Positions 37,045-49,887 of a DNA stretch of 64,000 nucleotides are shown here, in pieces. Numbering within the stretch: the first letter of the stretch is position 1; the number at the start of each line of letters is the position of its first letter. Both the position numbers and the translations under genes were made by a program. Under the pieces are notes generated by a model. That model saw only the letters and a program-made list of their open reading frames with translations, was not told the origin of the DNA and searched no databases. Origin of the DNA: Octopus sinensis (lineage: Eukaryota); NCBI RefSeq assembly GCF_006345805.1, contig NC_043005.1, positions 100,936,001-101,000,000 on the forward strand. The letters are read 5' to 3'.

Positions 37045-37460
37045 AGGAGGTGAGCTGGCAGAAACGTTAGCACGCCGGGTGAAATGCTTAGCAGTATTTC
37101 ATCTGCCGTTACGTTCTGAGTTCAAATTCCGCCGAGGCCGACTTTGCCTTTCATCCTTTCGGGGTCGATTAAATAAGTACCAATGAAACACTGGAGTCGA
37201 TATAATCGACTTAATCCGTTTGTCTGTCCTTGTTTGTCCCCTCTGTGTTTAGCCCCTTGTGAGTAGTAAAGAAATAGGCATTTTGTCTGCCGCTACGTTC
37301 TGAGTTCAAATTCTGCAGAGGTCAACTTCGCCTTTCATCCTTTTGGAGTCGATAAATTAAGTACCAGTTACATACAAGGGTCGATGTAATTAACTAAATC
37401 CCTTTGTCTGTCCTTGTTTGTCCCCTCTATGTTTAGCCCCTTGTGGGCAATAAAGAAATA
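37045..37460 (+). mobile_element. SINE family B head-to-tail dimer
   Basis: Full copy 37045-37275 followed by a headless copy from about 37278. Confidence 0.85.
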
Positions 37461-37519
37461 AGAAGCAGGGGAGGCAGCCAGGACTATTGAGCAAAGGACC
37501 CAAATACAGATGCTTCCCA

Positions 37520-37900
37520 GCCTCCCTCATAACAAGTCAAAGACACTTTCAATATTTTTACTGTGTAATAGATTATCTTTGCACAGGTGATTGTTGCTAA
37601 TCTTCTTTGTTATTCTCTGTGTGAGGTTCAATGTCCTGAAATAATTCTTCACCACTTACACAGTGCTTATTGCCCCTGTGCTTCTGCTGCATACAAAATC
37701 TATCTTCACTGTTAGCCCTTCACTGATTCCACTTCATATCTTGTGCGTCCCTTCTTTACACTGAGTACACCTTCTGCAATGTCTACCCACTTCATTTCTG
37801 CACATTAGGCATGGCAACTTCCGTAACGGTATCAAGAACCTATCTTCTTTCCAACTTACCAATACCTTAGTCTTCATTTCTTGGTTTTGCTTCCAGGTTT
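37520..37900 (-). mobile_element. RTE LINE fragment, decayed
   Basis: Minus strand LPCLMCRNEVG..RCTQCKEGTHK..FVCSR matches the Cys-rich insert of 16631-17053. Confidence 0.7.
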
Positions 37901-37937
37901 GATATTTCTTCTCGGATTCTACTGTTGGTCAAATTGT

Positions 37938-38345
37938 ACTCTTTTACTCTTTTACTTGCTTCAGTCATTTGACTGTGGCCATGCTGGAGCACCGCCTTTA
38001 GCCGAGAAAATCGACCCCAGGACTTATTCTTTGTAAGCCTAGTACTTAATCTATCGGTCTCTTTTGCCGATACGCTAAGTTACGGGGACGTAAACACACC
38101 AGCATTGGTTGTCAAGCGATGTTGGGGGGGACAAACACAGACACACAAACATATACACACACATACATATATATATACATATATACGACAGGCTTCTTTC
38201 AGTTTCAGTCTACCAAATCCACTCACAAGGCTTTGGTCGGCCCGAGGCTATAGTAGAAGACACTTACCCAAGGTCCCACACAGTGGGACTGAACCCAGAA
38301 CCATGTGGTTCATAAGCAAGCTACTTACCACACAGCCATTCCTAT
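37938..38345 (-). mobile_element. SINE family A
   Basis: Complete reverse copy. Confidence 0.85.
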
Positions 38346-38826
38346 GTCTATGAGAATTAAGTCATCAGCATCTCCCATGTACAGCTGGTTTTAAACTCAT
38401 CTGTTATGACCTGGAGCTCTGTAACAAACAGAAGGGGACTGAGAATCGAGTCCTTGTACCTTCCTCTGCAGGCTAAATTCATCACTGAACTAATTGCTGA
38501 TTCTCACCTTCCTCAAAGCATTTCAGTTTATATAGCTTGTACATCCCTTACAAGTCATTTCCTACCTAGCTTCATCAGATCAGAGAGTGTTGGACCCTAC
38601 CAACGGCCTTTTCCAAGTCTAGGAATGCTAAGACTAACAGCTTACGTCTACCTAAGTACTTCATTAGGAAAATGGCATCAGTAGTACTTCTTTGCAGCAA
38701 GCCAAACTGTGCTTCATCTAGGCTAATTAGTTTCCTAATTAAATTAATTAATTAATTAATCAGTTAATTAATAATTTTACCAAGTAGATCGGTACGTTAA
38801 AATAACCTTTTTAGGTAAAATTATCC

Positions 38827-38995
38827 ACATAATTATAATTGGGATTCAGCTGATTGCTTCACCATGCACAGGGTTTGGAAGTCGGAGTTGAAATTCCTTT
38901 GCTACTACTATTCTTATAGTAGCAGAAGGGGAATTTTGGCTCCTATTTCTAGATTCGGTGTGTGGTGGGGCAGTTAGCTGAGCCCTAATTATAAT

Positions 38996-39000
<5 letters not shown>
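38827..39000. repeat. Diverged fold-back palindrome (arms about 80 bp, 9-nt loop)
   Basis: ACATAATTATAATT...TGCTACTA [CTATTCTTA] TAGTAGCA...AATTATAATTATGT. Confidence 0.75.
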
Positions 39001-39054
<54 letters not shown>

Positions 39055-39074
39055 CCACACACACATCCATAAAT

Positions 39075-39256
39075 GTGCCGGTGGCACATAAAAGCACCCA
39101 CTACACTCTCGGAGTGGTTGGCATTAGGAAGGGCATCCAGCTGTAGAAACTCTACCAGATCAGATTGGAGTCAGGTGCAGCCATCTGGTTCGCCAGATCT
39201 CAGTCAAATCATCCAACCCATGCTAGCATGGAAAGCAGATGTTAAACGGTGATGAT
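39075..39256 (+). mobile_element. RTE 3' end
   Basis: Matches 17680-17860. Confidence 0.8.
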
Positions 39257-39269
39257 TGTGCTTATAGGT

Positions 39270-39560
39270 CGTTCAGTGACTTACAGAACCTGGTCCATCA
39301 ACTTGATGTGTCTGGAACTTCCTCTTTGCAATGCATCTCCTTTGCCTTCAAATTAACTGATGCTATTCCAGTCATGGAGTATAGTGCATTCCTGTACTAC
39401 ACCTGACTGTCTATGCATGGGACTAGTTTGTACCTGCTCTGCCTGACATTTTAAGCATCTCCACAGAATTTGTGATAAACCAAGCACTTTCTCTACCTCT
39501 GAATGATAAGTTCATCCATTCAGTCCACTTGGAATAGATTTCCTTGCTCCCATGTATTCT
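39270..39560 (-). mobile_element. RTE RT fragment, decayed
   Basis: Minus strand GKGDALQRGSSRHIKLMDQV. Confidence 0.65.
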
Positions 39561-40431
39561 CCACATTCACAAGCTTCTTTTTGTAGCACTTCCATGCTTC
39601 TGTCTTTTCAGAATCAAAATGGTAAGTATGCTATTAGCATTTCATACATACATCACTTTAGTGTTGTATCAATGCTTTCTGATTCAATACGTTGCCATTT
39701 GGAACATGGTAGTGGTGGTGGTGGTGGTAGCTGAGGCGGTCAAGCATGACAGTGAAAGTAAAGGATGTGGAAGACAGTGATGAGTGTGGTGGAGGGGAAG
39801 GTAGCAAAGTCAAAGGTGTTGATGGTGGTGATATCAGAAGTCTGAATGGTGTGTGTATGGCAGTTGTGGTGGTGATAGTGGTAGTACTGGTGGTGGTGAT
39901 GGTTGAAAACAATCAACAGAAGGAGAGAGTACTGATCCCAACTCAAATGGGAAAACAAAAAAGTGTTCTTTATCATGCAGCTTTGCAATAAGTTCCAAGT
40001 CAACAAATTATATCATAGTTTTGATGAAAATTGTTCATTGCTTGAAAAATATTGTTCAAGTTTAATAAAACTTAAAATGTCCTCAATGCATGGAGTGTCA
40101 TTATTGGGCCCAAGACCCAAAGAAGAGCCCTCCACAGGAGCTAGCTTAAAGCTTTCCGATAAGGTGGCTTTTAAGTTAGTCTGTCATAAACATCAGTTAG
40201 AATTTCTCTGAATTTGAGATTTGCTGAGGGCTTCTCATTGTTGATAACCACAAACAAGGGGGTTTTACCATTGTGTATGTGTGTGTGTGTACAAATATAG
40301 CTATATTGTTAAGACGTTTACTTCACAAACACATAGCTTTAGGCTCAAGCCCACTGCATAGCATCTCAGACAAGCATCTTCTCCTATACACTCTGACTAA
40401 TGCCTTGTGAGTGAAACTGTTCAGATGAGTG

Positions 40432-40660
40432 GAGAGTCGGCAGAAACATTAGCACGCCAGGTGAAATGCTAAGCGGTATTTTGCCTGCCACTACATTCTG
40501 AGTTCAAATTCCGCCGAGGTCGACTTTGTTTTTCATCCTTTTGGGGTCAATTAAATAAGTACCAGTTACGCACTGGGGTCGATATAATCGACTTAATCCA
40601 TTTGTCTGTCCTTGTTTGTCCCCTCTGTGTGTAGCCCCTTGTGGGTAGTAAAGAAATAAG
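40432..40660 (+). mobile_element. SINE family B
   Basis: Complete copy. Confidence 0.85.
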
Positions 40661-40729
40661 AAATTGTTCAGAAGCTCACCATGTATGTATGAGTGTGTGT
40701 GTGCGTGTGTGTATTCATATTAACTGTTA

Positions 40730-40951
40730 TCTTTTATCTTTTCCTTGTTCCACTCATTGGACTGCAGCCATGTTGGGGCACTGCCCAGAAGGGTTTAGTC
40801 ATACAAATTAAGCCCAGTACTTATTTTTTTGAAGCCTGATATTTATTCTGTCAGTCACTTTTTGCCAGAGCACTAAGTTACGGAGATGTAAATCAGCCAG
40901 GACTGGTTGTCAAGCGGTGGTGGGGACAAACACAACTACAAAGATGCACAG

Positions 40952-40990
<39 letters not shown>

Positions 40991-41135
40991 GACAGGCTTC
41001 TTTCATTTTCCATCTACTAAATCCACTCAAAAAGTTTTGGTTGGTCTGGGGCTAAAGTAGATGACGCTTACTGAATGTGTTACACAGTGAGACTGAACCC
41101 AAAACCATGTGGTTAGGAAGCTAACTTCTTACCAC
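40730..41135 (-). mobile_element. SINE family A
   Basis: Reverse copy with internal (CA)n. Confidence 0.7.
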
Positions 41136-41221
41136 ACATCTATCTATCTATCTATCTATAAACAGACAGAAAGACAGACAGATAGACAGATAGATAGACA
41201 GATAAGGAAAGAGAGGGCACA

Positions 41222-41455
41222 AGGCAGCGAGCTGGCAGAAACGTTAGCATGCCGGGCGAAATGCTTAGCCATATTTTGTCTGCTATTATGTTCTGAGTTC
41301 AAATTCAGACAAGGTCGACTTTGCCTTTCATCCTTTCGGGGTCGATAAATTAAGTACCAGTTACACACTGGGGTCAATGTAATCGACTTAATACCTATGT
41401 CTGTCCTTGTTTGTCCCCTCTGTGTTTAGCCCCTTGTGAGCAATAAAGAAATAAG
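41222..41455 (+). mobile_element. SINE family B
   Basis: Complete copy. Confidence 0.85.
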
Positions 41456-42009
41456 AGAAAGAGAGAGAGAAAAAGAGAGTGAGGCAGAAAGAGAGAGAGA
41501 TGTACTGGTGTATATTTATATGAGTTCTCTATAAGATTCCCTTTCTATTGATATCACTTTAAAAGATGTCTTTTTTTATGTCCTGTAAAGTTAGAAGCTC
41601 AACAGAAAGAGACATTAAGAGAACCACCGGACTTAAAATTAAATACTAAGATTGATCTGATTGACTAAAATCAGTCGCCACAGTACTGATACAGATCCAC
41701 AGCGTGCGTGTATATATTTTATGCATACACACATAAATACCCCCCACACACACACACACACATGCAGACACACTGATGCAATACATTTTCACAGGCACTT
41801 ACCGAATCATCTTAAGGAAACTGAACAGAAAAAGAAAGTAATGCGTGGTTGGAAGACAGTCAGGAGATGAATGTAAAAGGACAATAGTGATGGCACTTCT
41901 GGTAAAATATTTACAAAATATGATATTGTCTCTACACTACCACCAAATCTTTATTTTTCATATTTTTGTTTTTTGCTGCAGAGCTAAAGTTACTTCATAA
42001 ATGATATTA

Positions 42010-42046
<37 letters not shown>

Positions 42047-42127
42047 TGGGAGGGGGGGCATGCTCTGTAACAGCATTTTGCTGCTTCTACCATTTGTTTC
42101 CCTACTCTTGGCAGATAACACCATTGT

Positions 42128-42604
42128 ATTGGGTTGTCCGGAAAGTTCGTGCCGATTTATAGTAGCTTTCTTTTCGACTTATTTTAGAAGATGGTTGAGT
42201 CCATAAAATAGGATTTGACTACACCTCCATTTAGAGCACAGTTTAAGCTATCTTTTCGTGGAAGAAGGTTTATGTTTCTATAACCTGTTTTAATTCTGTA
42301 ACCCTTTAAAATGGAAGATAAGAAAGTTCATTTTCGGCACTTGATGCTTTTCTTTTTCTGTAAGGGGAAAAATGCCTCACAAGTAACCAAAGAAATATGC
42401 ACAGTTTACAATGATGTTTCTTTATCCGAAAGAACTGTACAGAAGTGGATCGCAAGGTTCCGAGCTGGAGATTGTAGCCTTATTGATAAAGAGCGATCAG
42501 GTAGACCATCCACTACAGATGATGACCAAATCAAGTCATTAATTGAGAATAACCCACATTGCACAACCCGAGAATTGGCAGAAAGCCTCAATCTATCAAA
42601 ATCA
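42128..42604 (+). mobile_element. Mariner 5' half (TIR plus N-terminal HTH of the transposase)
   Basis: TATTGGGTTGTCCGGAAAGTTCGTGCCGATTT TIR; MEDKKVHFRHLMLFFF.KGKNASQ..W..RFRAGD.SL.DKERSGRP; truncated by an RTE-UTR fragment. Confidence 0.9.
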
Positions 42605-42755
42605 ATGCCAGCCCCACCTGCCCCGATTGGCTTCTCTGCTGGTAAAACGGAAAAAGTACCATCCAAACGTGGCTGATGCCTATGCTGCCTGACTGACTCC
42701 CAGTTTCAGCACCACATTCTACCCAAACCCTGATACCATCACAGAGAAACAATAC

Positions 42756-42850
42756 CAGCAGCAGCAGCAGTAGTAGTAGTAATAATAGTAGTAGTAGTAG
42801 TAGCAGCAGCAGTAGTAGTAGTAGTAGTATAGTAGTAGTAGTAGTAATAA

Positions 42851-42899
<49 letters not shown>
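42756..42899. repeat. Compound (CAG)n(TAG)n(TAA)n triplet repeat
   Basis: Direct reading; begins about 9 nt into the intron after the AGBL4 donor. Confidence 0.95.
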
Positions 42900-42908
42900 T
42901 GTACATAC

Positions 42909-43125
42909 CACAGTAAGACAGAGCAGCTCTCTGGTGAAAATGTCGGAATACTTCTTCTCAACTGAATCCAAGTAATTCTGGAGTTTGGTGTAAGTGTAAG
43001 GGAAACAATAGGAGAACTGGTAAATGTCATATTCTTTGTCGAAACAAAACAAAAAAGACATTACATAATTCTTCCTATGGTCAGGACAACGGTAATAGTA
43101 GACATTCTTTGCTGGAATACGAACC
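42909..43125 (-). CDS. AGBL4: Internal coding exon of cytosolic carboxypeptidase 6 (tubulin deglutamylase, M14 family)
   Basis: TTTCAG|G GTT CGT...ACT GTG|GTATGT; 217 nt = 1 nt + 72 codons: (W)VRIPAKNVYYYRCPDHRKNYVMSFLFCFDKEYDIYQFSYCFPYTYTKLQNYLDSVEKK..RELLCLTV, which I recognise as matching vertebrate AGBL4 WQRLPPKNVYYYRCPDHRKNYVMSFAFCFD..YQFAYCYPYTYT. Confidence 0.93.
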
Positions 43126-43455
43126 CTGAAATATATTAAAAGAAAACAAGTTACTGATAGTGGAAGATGACATGTGGAAGGCAGTAAAACAGTTGTTGGA
43201 ATAGGTTCCTTGTATTTCACCAGAAACCAAAGAATTAAAAAAAAAGTCTGAAATTCTTGTCTGATATCTGATTCTCTAAAAAATATAATTTAATGGCAAA
43301 TTAGTGTTATACGAACCTAAAATGACAAACATATAAATTCCAACAATTTAATTTCAAATTGGGGAACACATTGAAGAACAGAAAATTAAGGTAGGGGTTT
43401 TTTAATGTTCAATACAAATGCAAAAATATGAAGTAGAAAAACATAGAGGGAGAGT

Positions 43456-43715
43456 CATCATCGTCGTTATTGTCGTTGTCGTTTATCATCCGTTTTCCAT
43501 GCTGGCATGGGTTGGATAGTTTTGCATGGAGCTCGCTAGCTGGGGAGCTGTCCAGACTCTGGTCGTCTGTTGTGGTATGTTTTCTATGGCTGGATGACTT
43601 TTCTAACACCGACAACCTTACAGCATGTTCTGGGTGTTTTTTGCATGCCACTGGCATGGGTGTGTCTGTGCAGTATTGGCACAGGTGCCTTTTATGTGGC
43701 ACCTACAAAAGGACA
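43456..43715 (-). mobile_element. RTE 3' UTR copy
   Basis: CATCCGTTTTCCATGCTGGCATGGGTTGG on the plus strand. Confidence 0.75.
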
Positions 43716-43904
43716 AGCTGGTATGTATGGAAGACAGCGATTTTAATAATGATAATAATAATAATGATAATGATAATAATAATCCTTTCTATTAACGGCA
43801 CAAGATGAAAGACAACAACCCCCAACAGAACATAAAGCATTTTCCCAATGTTCTTGCAATTCTGCAGTTTACTGCCTTCCTGGGAATAATAACAATATTT
43901 TTTT

Positions 43905-44120
43905 CTAAAATAGGCACAATGCCTGAAATTTTTCGGGGAAGACACCAGTCAATCATATCAGCTGCAGGGCTCAACCGGTACTTGCTTTATTGATCCTGAA
44001 AGAATGAAAGGTGAAGATGACCTTGGTGGAATTTGAACTCAAGAACATAAAACTGGAAGAAATGCCAGAAAGCATTTTTTTTCTGTCATGCTAACTGTTC
44101 TACCGTTCAACTCATCGGAA
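43905..44120 (-). mobile_element. SINE family B
   Basis: GGAATTTGAACTC and AATGAAAGG on the plus strand. Confidence 0.7.
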
Positions 44121-44344
44121 ACAGGTAAAAGAAGGGACAGAAAGCAGCAATAATTCAAGCCAAGAAAGACCACAGTCATAGCCAAAAGTGCAGTACACAG
44201 AATAAAAGAAGAATAGATAAGTGAACAGCAAAGTCCTCTTGGAGTTAAAAGATCACAGCAATGTCCATTGGAACGGAACAGCCACATTGAAGTGGCAACA
44301 AACATTACTTGTAAGCAATACGTGTATATAAGATAAAAGAAGCA

Positions 44345-44535
44345 TTGGCAAGCTGGCAGAACCATTAGCATGGACAGCAAACTGCCTAGAAGCATTTCGC
44401 CCATCTTTACATTCTGAGTTCAAATTCCACCAAGGTCGACTTTGCCTTTCATCCTTTTGGGGTTGATAAAATAAGTACCAGTTATGCACTGGAGTCGGTG
44501 TAATTGACTTAATCCCTTTGTCCGTCCTTGTTTGC
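44345..44535 (+). mobile_element. SINE family B
   Basis: Head and central domain. Confidence 0.75.
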
Positions 44536-46149
44536 TTCCCAACTACATGGTTCAAGATTTGACTGCAGACTGGCAAGCCAGAAAGCTGCACCAGGCTCCA
44601 ATCTGATCTGGCAAGGTTTCTACAGCTGGATGCCTTTCCTAACGCCAACCACTCTGTTGTTGTTGTTGTTGTTAAGCAACAAGATGGGTAAGGGTGATTA
44701 GATGATGGTCTAGGGCTTAGGGGCGGAGACCCCAGACCTTGGGAAAAAAAGAAAAAAATTTGGTTGTCTTGTTATAGTCGTTGGCTCTTCGTTGATGCCC
44801 GACACCACTGGGAGGTGGCCCTCGAAGTCGCTGGGAATGGAGATCTCCAGCTCCAAATTCTTGAACAGCTCAACCACTCTGAGAATGTAGTGGGTGCTTT
44901 TTATATGCCACCGGCACATGTACCTTGTTTGCAATTTTTAGCTTTATAGAATTGGAGTATTTCCATCTCTGGGGCATATATACAAATACCACTATATTGA
45001 CCATCGTACTGGATGTTGTTATACACTGCTGATCACAATGCACTTCTTCACGTTGTTGTAGCTTTCCAAAAATGCCACCCAACAGGCTAGGTTGCAGGCC
45101 AATATTCTTCCTTAACAAAACATTGGTCTGTTGTGAGGTTATTCATTTTAGCAGTTGAGTCGACAGGATCAATGTGAAATGGTGTGTCTTGCTCAAGAAC
45201 ACAACACACTGCCTGTCTGGAGTATGGGAATTGAAAACAATCGAAGTCGGATGTAGAGGATCTGTTGGGCACAGTCTGAGACGACGGTTGTTATCGTTAG
45301 GCCTAACTCATCGTAAAGTCAATACCACCATGACTGATATCCAATCTACAGTGGAGAAGGCTAGCCACTGGATTTGGTTAAAAAGAGATGATGAGCAATG
45401 GCTAGAAGAATATTGAGCTTTATTTGATAACCAGCTAATCTAGCAAGCGGGGCCTAATATCATTGAGAGGGGCCGGTGCGCATTGATGCCGTTGGAGAGG
45501 TAGGCCCCGAAATGGTGTGCATTTTCTCCTGATGGCTTCCAGTATGCGGAGTTTATGACTGGTATCACTTGCATGTGCAAGTTGTTTGCAAGACATATAT
45601 ATTGTTATGTAATACATATTTGAATGTCATGGTTTATAAATGTACATATATATATCAACATACAAGCACACACACACACACACAAACGGTACTCAAAGTT
45701 TAAGTGACACAGCAGGAGACTCCTGAGTCATGGGTTTGCAACAATCAATATGGTGTTTCTCCTTGACAGTACAGGTCTGTAACTCTAAAATGAAGAGGCC
45801 ACAGCTTAACCTAGAAATAGTTATTAACTATGCTGTTGTTGATATTATAACTAGTACCAGTGGACATCCAAATACTGAATGACCTATAAACTCAGTGTAG
45901 TGTTTTTAGGAAATTCTTCACCCATGCATAGGGATCAATTCTGACCCCGTCATCGGTGGCACGAATAATAACAACCAGTTATTAATTATCATTGTGGTGG
46001 TCAGGCAGAATCATTAATACATTAGACAAAATGCTTAGCAAAATTAGTTTCAACACTTCACATTTTGAGTTCAAATCCTGCCAAAGTCAACTTTACCTGT
46101 TATCCTTTTGGGGTCTATAAAATAAAGTGCAGTCAAGCACTGATCTTAA

Positions 46150-46316
46150 GGTGTAGGAGTGGCTGTGTGGTATGTAGCTTGCTTACCAACCCCATGGTTC
46201 CAGGATCAGTCCCATTGCATGGCACCTTGGGCAAGTGTCTTCTACTATAGCCTCGGGCAGACCAAAGCCTTGTGAGTGGATTTGGTAGACGGAAACTGAA
46301 AGAAGCCCGTCGTATA

Positions 46317-46349
<33 letters not shown>

Positions 46350-46580
46350 GTACGTATGTGTATATGTTTGTGTGTTTGTGTTTGTCCCCCCAACATCACT
46401 TGACAACTGATGCTGGTGTGTTTACGTCCCCGTAACTTAGTGCTTCAGCAAATGAGACCAATAGAATAAGTACTAGGCTTACAAAGAATAAGTCCTGGGG
46501 TTGGTTTGCTCCACTAAAGGTGGTGCTCCAGCATGGCAACAGTCAAATTTACTTAAACAAGTAAAAGAGTAAAAGAGTAA
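46150..46580 (+). mobile_element. SINE family A
   Basis: Complete copy with GAGTAAAAGAGTAAAA tail. Confidence 0.85.
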
Positions 46581-47599
46581 AACTGTTGACCTTGCATCAA
46601 AATTTGTAACAATTATTCTTGTGGTAAGTCTCGTGGTATGGAAGAAATGATAAGCACCAGACTAAAACATCTTGAAGCATTTATTTAGATGCCTGTATGT
46701 TCTGAGTTCAAATCTCAGAATTGACAGAAAAACAAAAGAGTAGTATGTTGAGCGATAATTTCTTGACAATAACAACTCTTTGAAATACGTGAGATTTTGT
46801 GTGCTAAAGTCAGAAATTAATTGATTTTGTACCTTGAACCATAATATGGTGGTTCTATATTCGAAAATCCTATGAATAGTCCAATTGGAGTTTCTGCTTG
46901 GAATCATAAAGAAGGTATAAACATGTCAAAAAGTTCATTCCACCATTAAATTAAGACATATCAAAGTGTATCTCTTTCAAAAAAAAAAAAAAAAAAAAAA
47001 AAAACAGGTAAAGATGCTATTGTACAGCTTTAAGGCTAACTGTGAGTAGTAACTAATTATTTCACCTGAAAATTACTCCCTCAACTAATCATATATCTTT
47101 CAGCTACAGAAATCTCATCTTTTTGATAATGACCACAAATTAAATCCCAGCAAATGAAAGAAGAGAGAGTGGTACAAAATGAATACTTAAGGAAAGTACT
47201 GACAATTAGTAATTAACGACTCAATTATTTCTAATGTTAGAAAGAAACCTGAAATTAAGGGAAAAACAAAAGAAAAAAGAAAATGCTAAAAATATATCAA
47301 AATCAAATAGTTCTAAACTGTTACAATTAGCTGCAATATGGTAAAAACAAATCTGTTACTTTGAATGAATTTAAAAAAAAAAAAATACCTCAGGCTATAA
47401 AATTACAAGTTTTGAAAACTGGGAAATATTTCAGTTATTTCATGATTAACCTGTCAGAAGTAGCCACATCAAAGTCTCACATTCCCCGAACAAATGATTA
47501 GTTTTTGTAAAGTGAATGTTTCGAGGACAAGGTAGATTATAGTGTTTGTGCATTTGTGCGACTGCATTTGAGGATTGATGGCAAACTACAGCACACACA

Positions 47600-47651
47600 T
47601 ACATACCCTCATATATACACACATATATATATATATTTATATATATATGTG

Positions 47652-47691
<40 letters not shown>

Positions 47692-47759
47692 TATATGTAT
47701 ATGTATATATATATATATGTATATATATGTATACATGTATATGTATATATATATGTATG

Positions 47760-47792
<33 letters not shown>

Positions 47793-47890
47793 GTATATAT
47801 ATATATATGTATATATGTATATATATATATATATATAAATATATAATATAATATATGTATATATATATATATATAAATATATATATATAA

Positions 47891-47930
<40 letters not shown>

Positions 47931-48032
47931 TATAATAATATATATATATGTATATATAAAATATATAATATATAATATATATATATATATAATATATATA
48001 ATATATATAATATATGTATATATATATATAAA

Positions 48033-48079
<47 letters not shown>

Positions 48080-48399
48080 TATATATATATATATATACAT
48101 ATGTATATGTTATATATATATATATGTATATATATGTATACATGTATATGTATATATATATGTATGTATATATATATAATATATATAATGTATATATATA
48201 TGTATATATATATATATGTATATATGTATATATATATATATATATAAATATATAATATATATATATGTATATATAAATATATAATATATATAATATATAT
48301 ATGTATATATATATATATTATATATATATATAAAATATATAATATATATAATGTATATATAAAATATATAATATATATATATATATATATAAAATATAA

Positions 48400-48430
<31 letters not shown>

Positions 48431-48469
48431 AAATATATAATATATATATATATATTATATATATATGTA

Positions 48470-48509
<40 letters not shown>

Positions 48510-48560
48510 GTATATGTATATATATATATATATATAATATATATATATATGTGTATATAT
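47600..48560. repeat. Approx. 950-bp compound (TA)n/(TATG)/(TATAA) tract
   Basis: Direct reading; source of the YI-repeat ORFs. Confidence 0.95.
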
Positions 48561-49290
48561 GAGATTCAGTAGGAGAGGCTATAATATTAAAGTGAATCAA
48601 AGGAAATGACTATGGAAAGTTATGTGCAAGTGGTTGAAGGATTAATTAAAGAAGACAAGAGAGGCGAGAGAACCATTATAGTGAGAGAAGCAAATAGAAA
48701 TAAGGGCAATGACCGATGGGTGAGGGCAGGAGGGGGTTAAGGGATCAAAGTATGAGGTAGTTTGATACAAAGTAAGAAAAAAAAAAAAAGGGTTAGGATT
48801 TGCAGAAGAATTTCTCAGCAAAGAAATGGAGTTAATTTTGAGTATGATCTTTTAAAACCAGGAAAAGTGAATTAAAAACAAAAAGATCAATAATAACAAG
48901 GATAAGTAGGAGAAGATGATTATTAAATGTTATAGCTAAGAATGGAAGTAACTTGATGGCATCATGGCACCATTTGCACAATATTGAAGAATCACAGAGT
49001 TCCACAACAACATCTTGCATCGTTTTGTCTTCTCAGTAACACCTGATATCTAATTCTTCGCTTCGTTATTAATTTACTTTACGTCATTCATTTCATTCAC
49101 ATTCTATCTGCAACGCATTAGTCTGCTTTCATTTGGCTAATACGTACATATGTATGTATACAGAATATCCGTGTGTATATATATACATACATATAAATAT
49201 ACATACATATAATATATATATATACATACATATATATATATATATAAATAGATACATACACACATATAAATATACATGCATATATATATG

Positions 49291-49324
<34 letters not shown>

Positions 49325-49887
49325 AATATACATACATATAAATATATATATGTGTGTGTGTATATATATATATATATGCGTGTGTGTGTGTGTGTATAAT
49401 ATCTGTACACACACACATATCTGAACACATACACACACACACATATATATCTGTATTTATACAAACTCATATACAGAGATACACACACACAAACACGTAT
49501 GTATATGCATATAAAATACATACATTTATTGAATTACTTTTTAATTTGTAAATGTATAACAATTTTATATAACAGTACTTTCTGATGTACATTTAATATA
49601 TTAAATATGCGTGCATGCGCATGTAACAAGAGTATGCATTTGTATGTGTGTATATTTCTACACATATGTATGTGTGAGTAAGTGCATGTATATATATACA
49701 TATATACACACACATATGTATAACCATTACACACTTTACGTACTTGCTCACACAATCTGTGGAATAAACACACACAAACAGAAAGTAATATAAAATAACA
49801 ATTGCTATTCATTTGCAATATTAAAAAAATAATAATTCAGTATAAAACATCAGAGTTAGTTTATTTTGGTCTTCAACAAACAATTAC

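Noticed and set aside
45480-45520. ..GGTAGGCCCCGAAATGGT hammerhead-like remnant next to a KLRILEAI peptide
   Set aside because: Core and cleavage triplet cannot be assigned consistently
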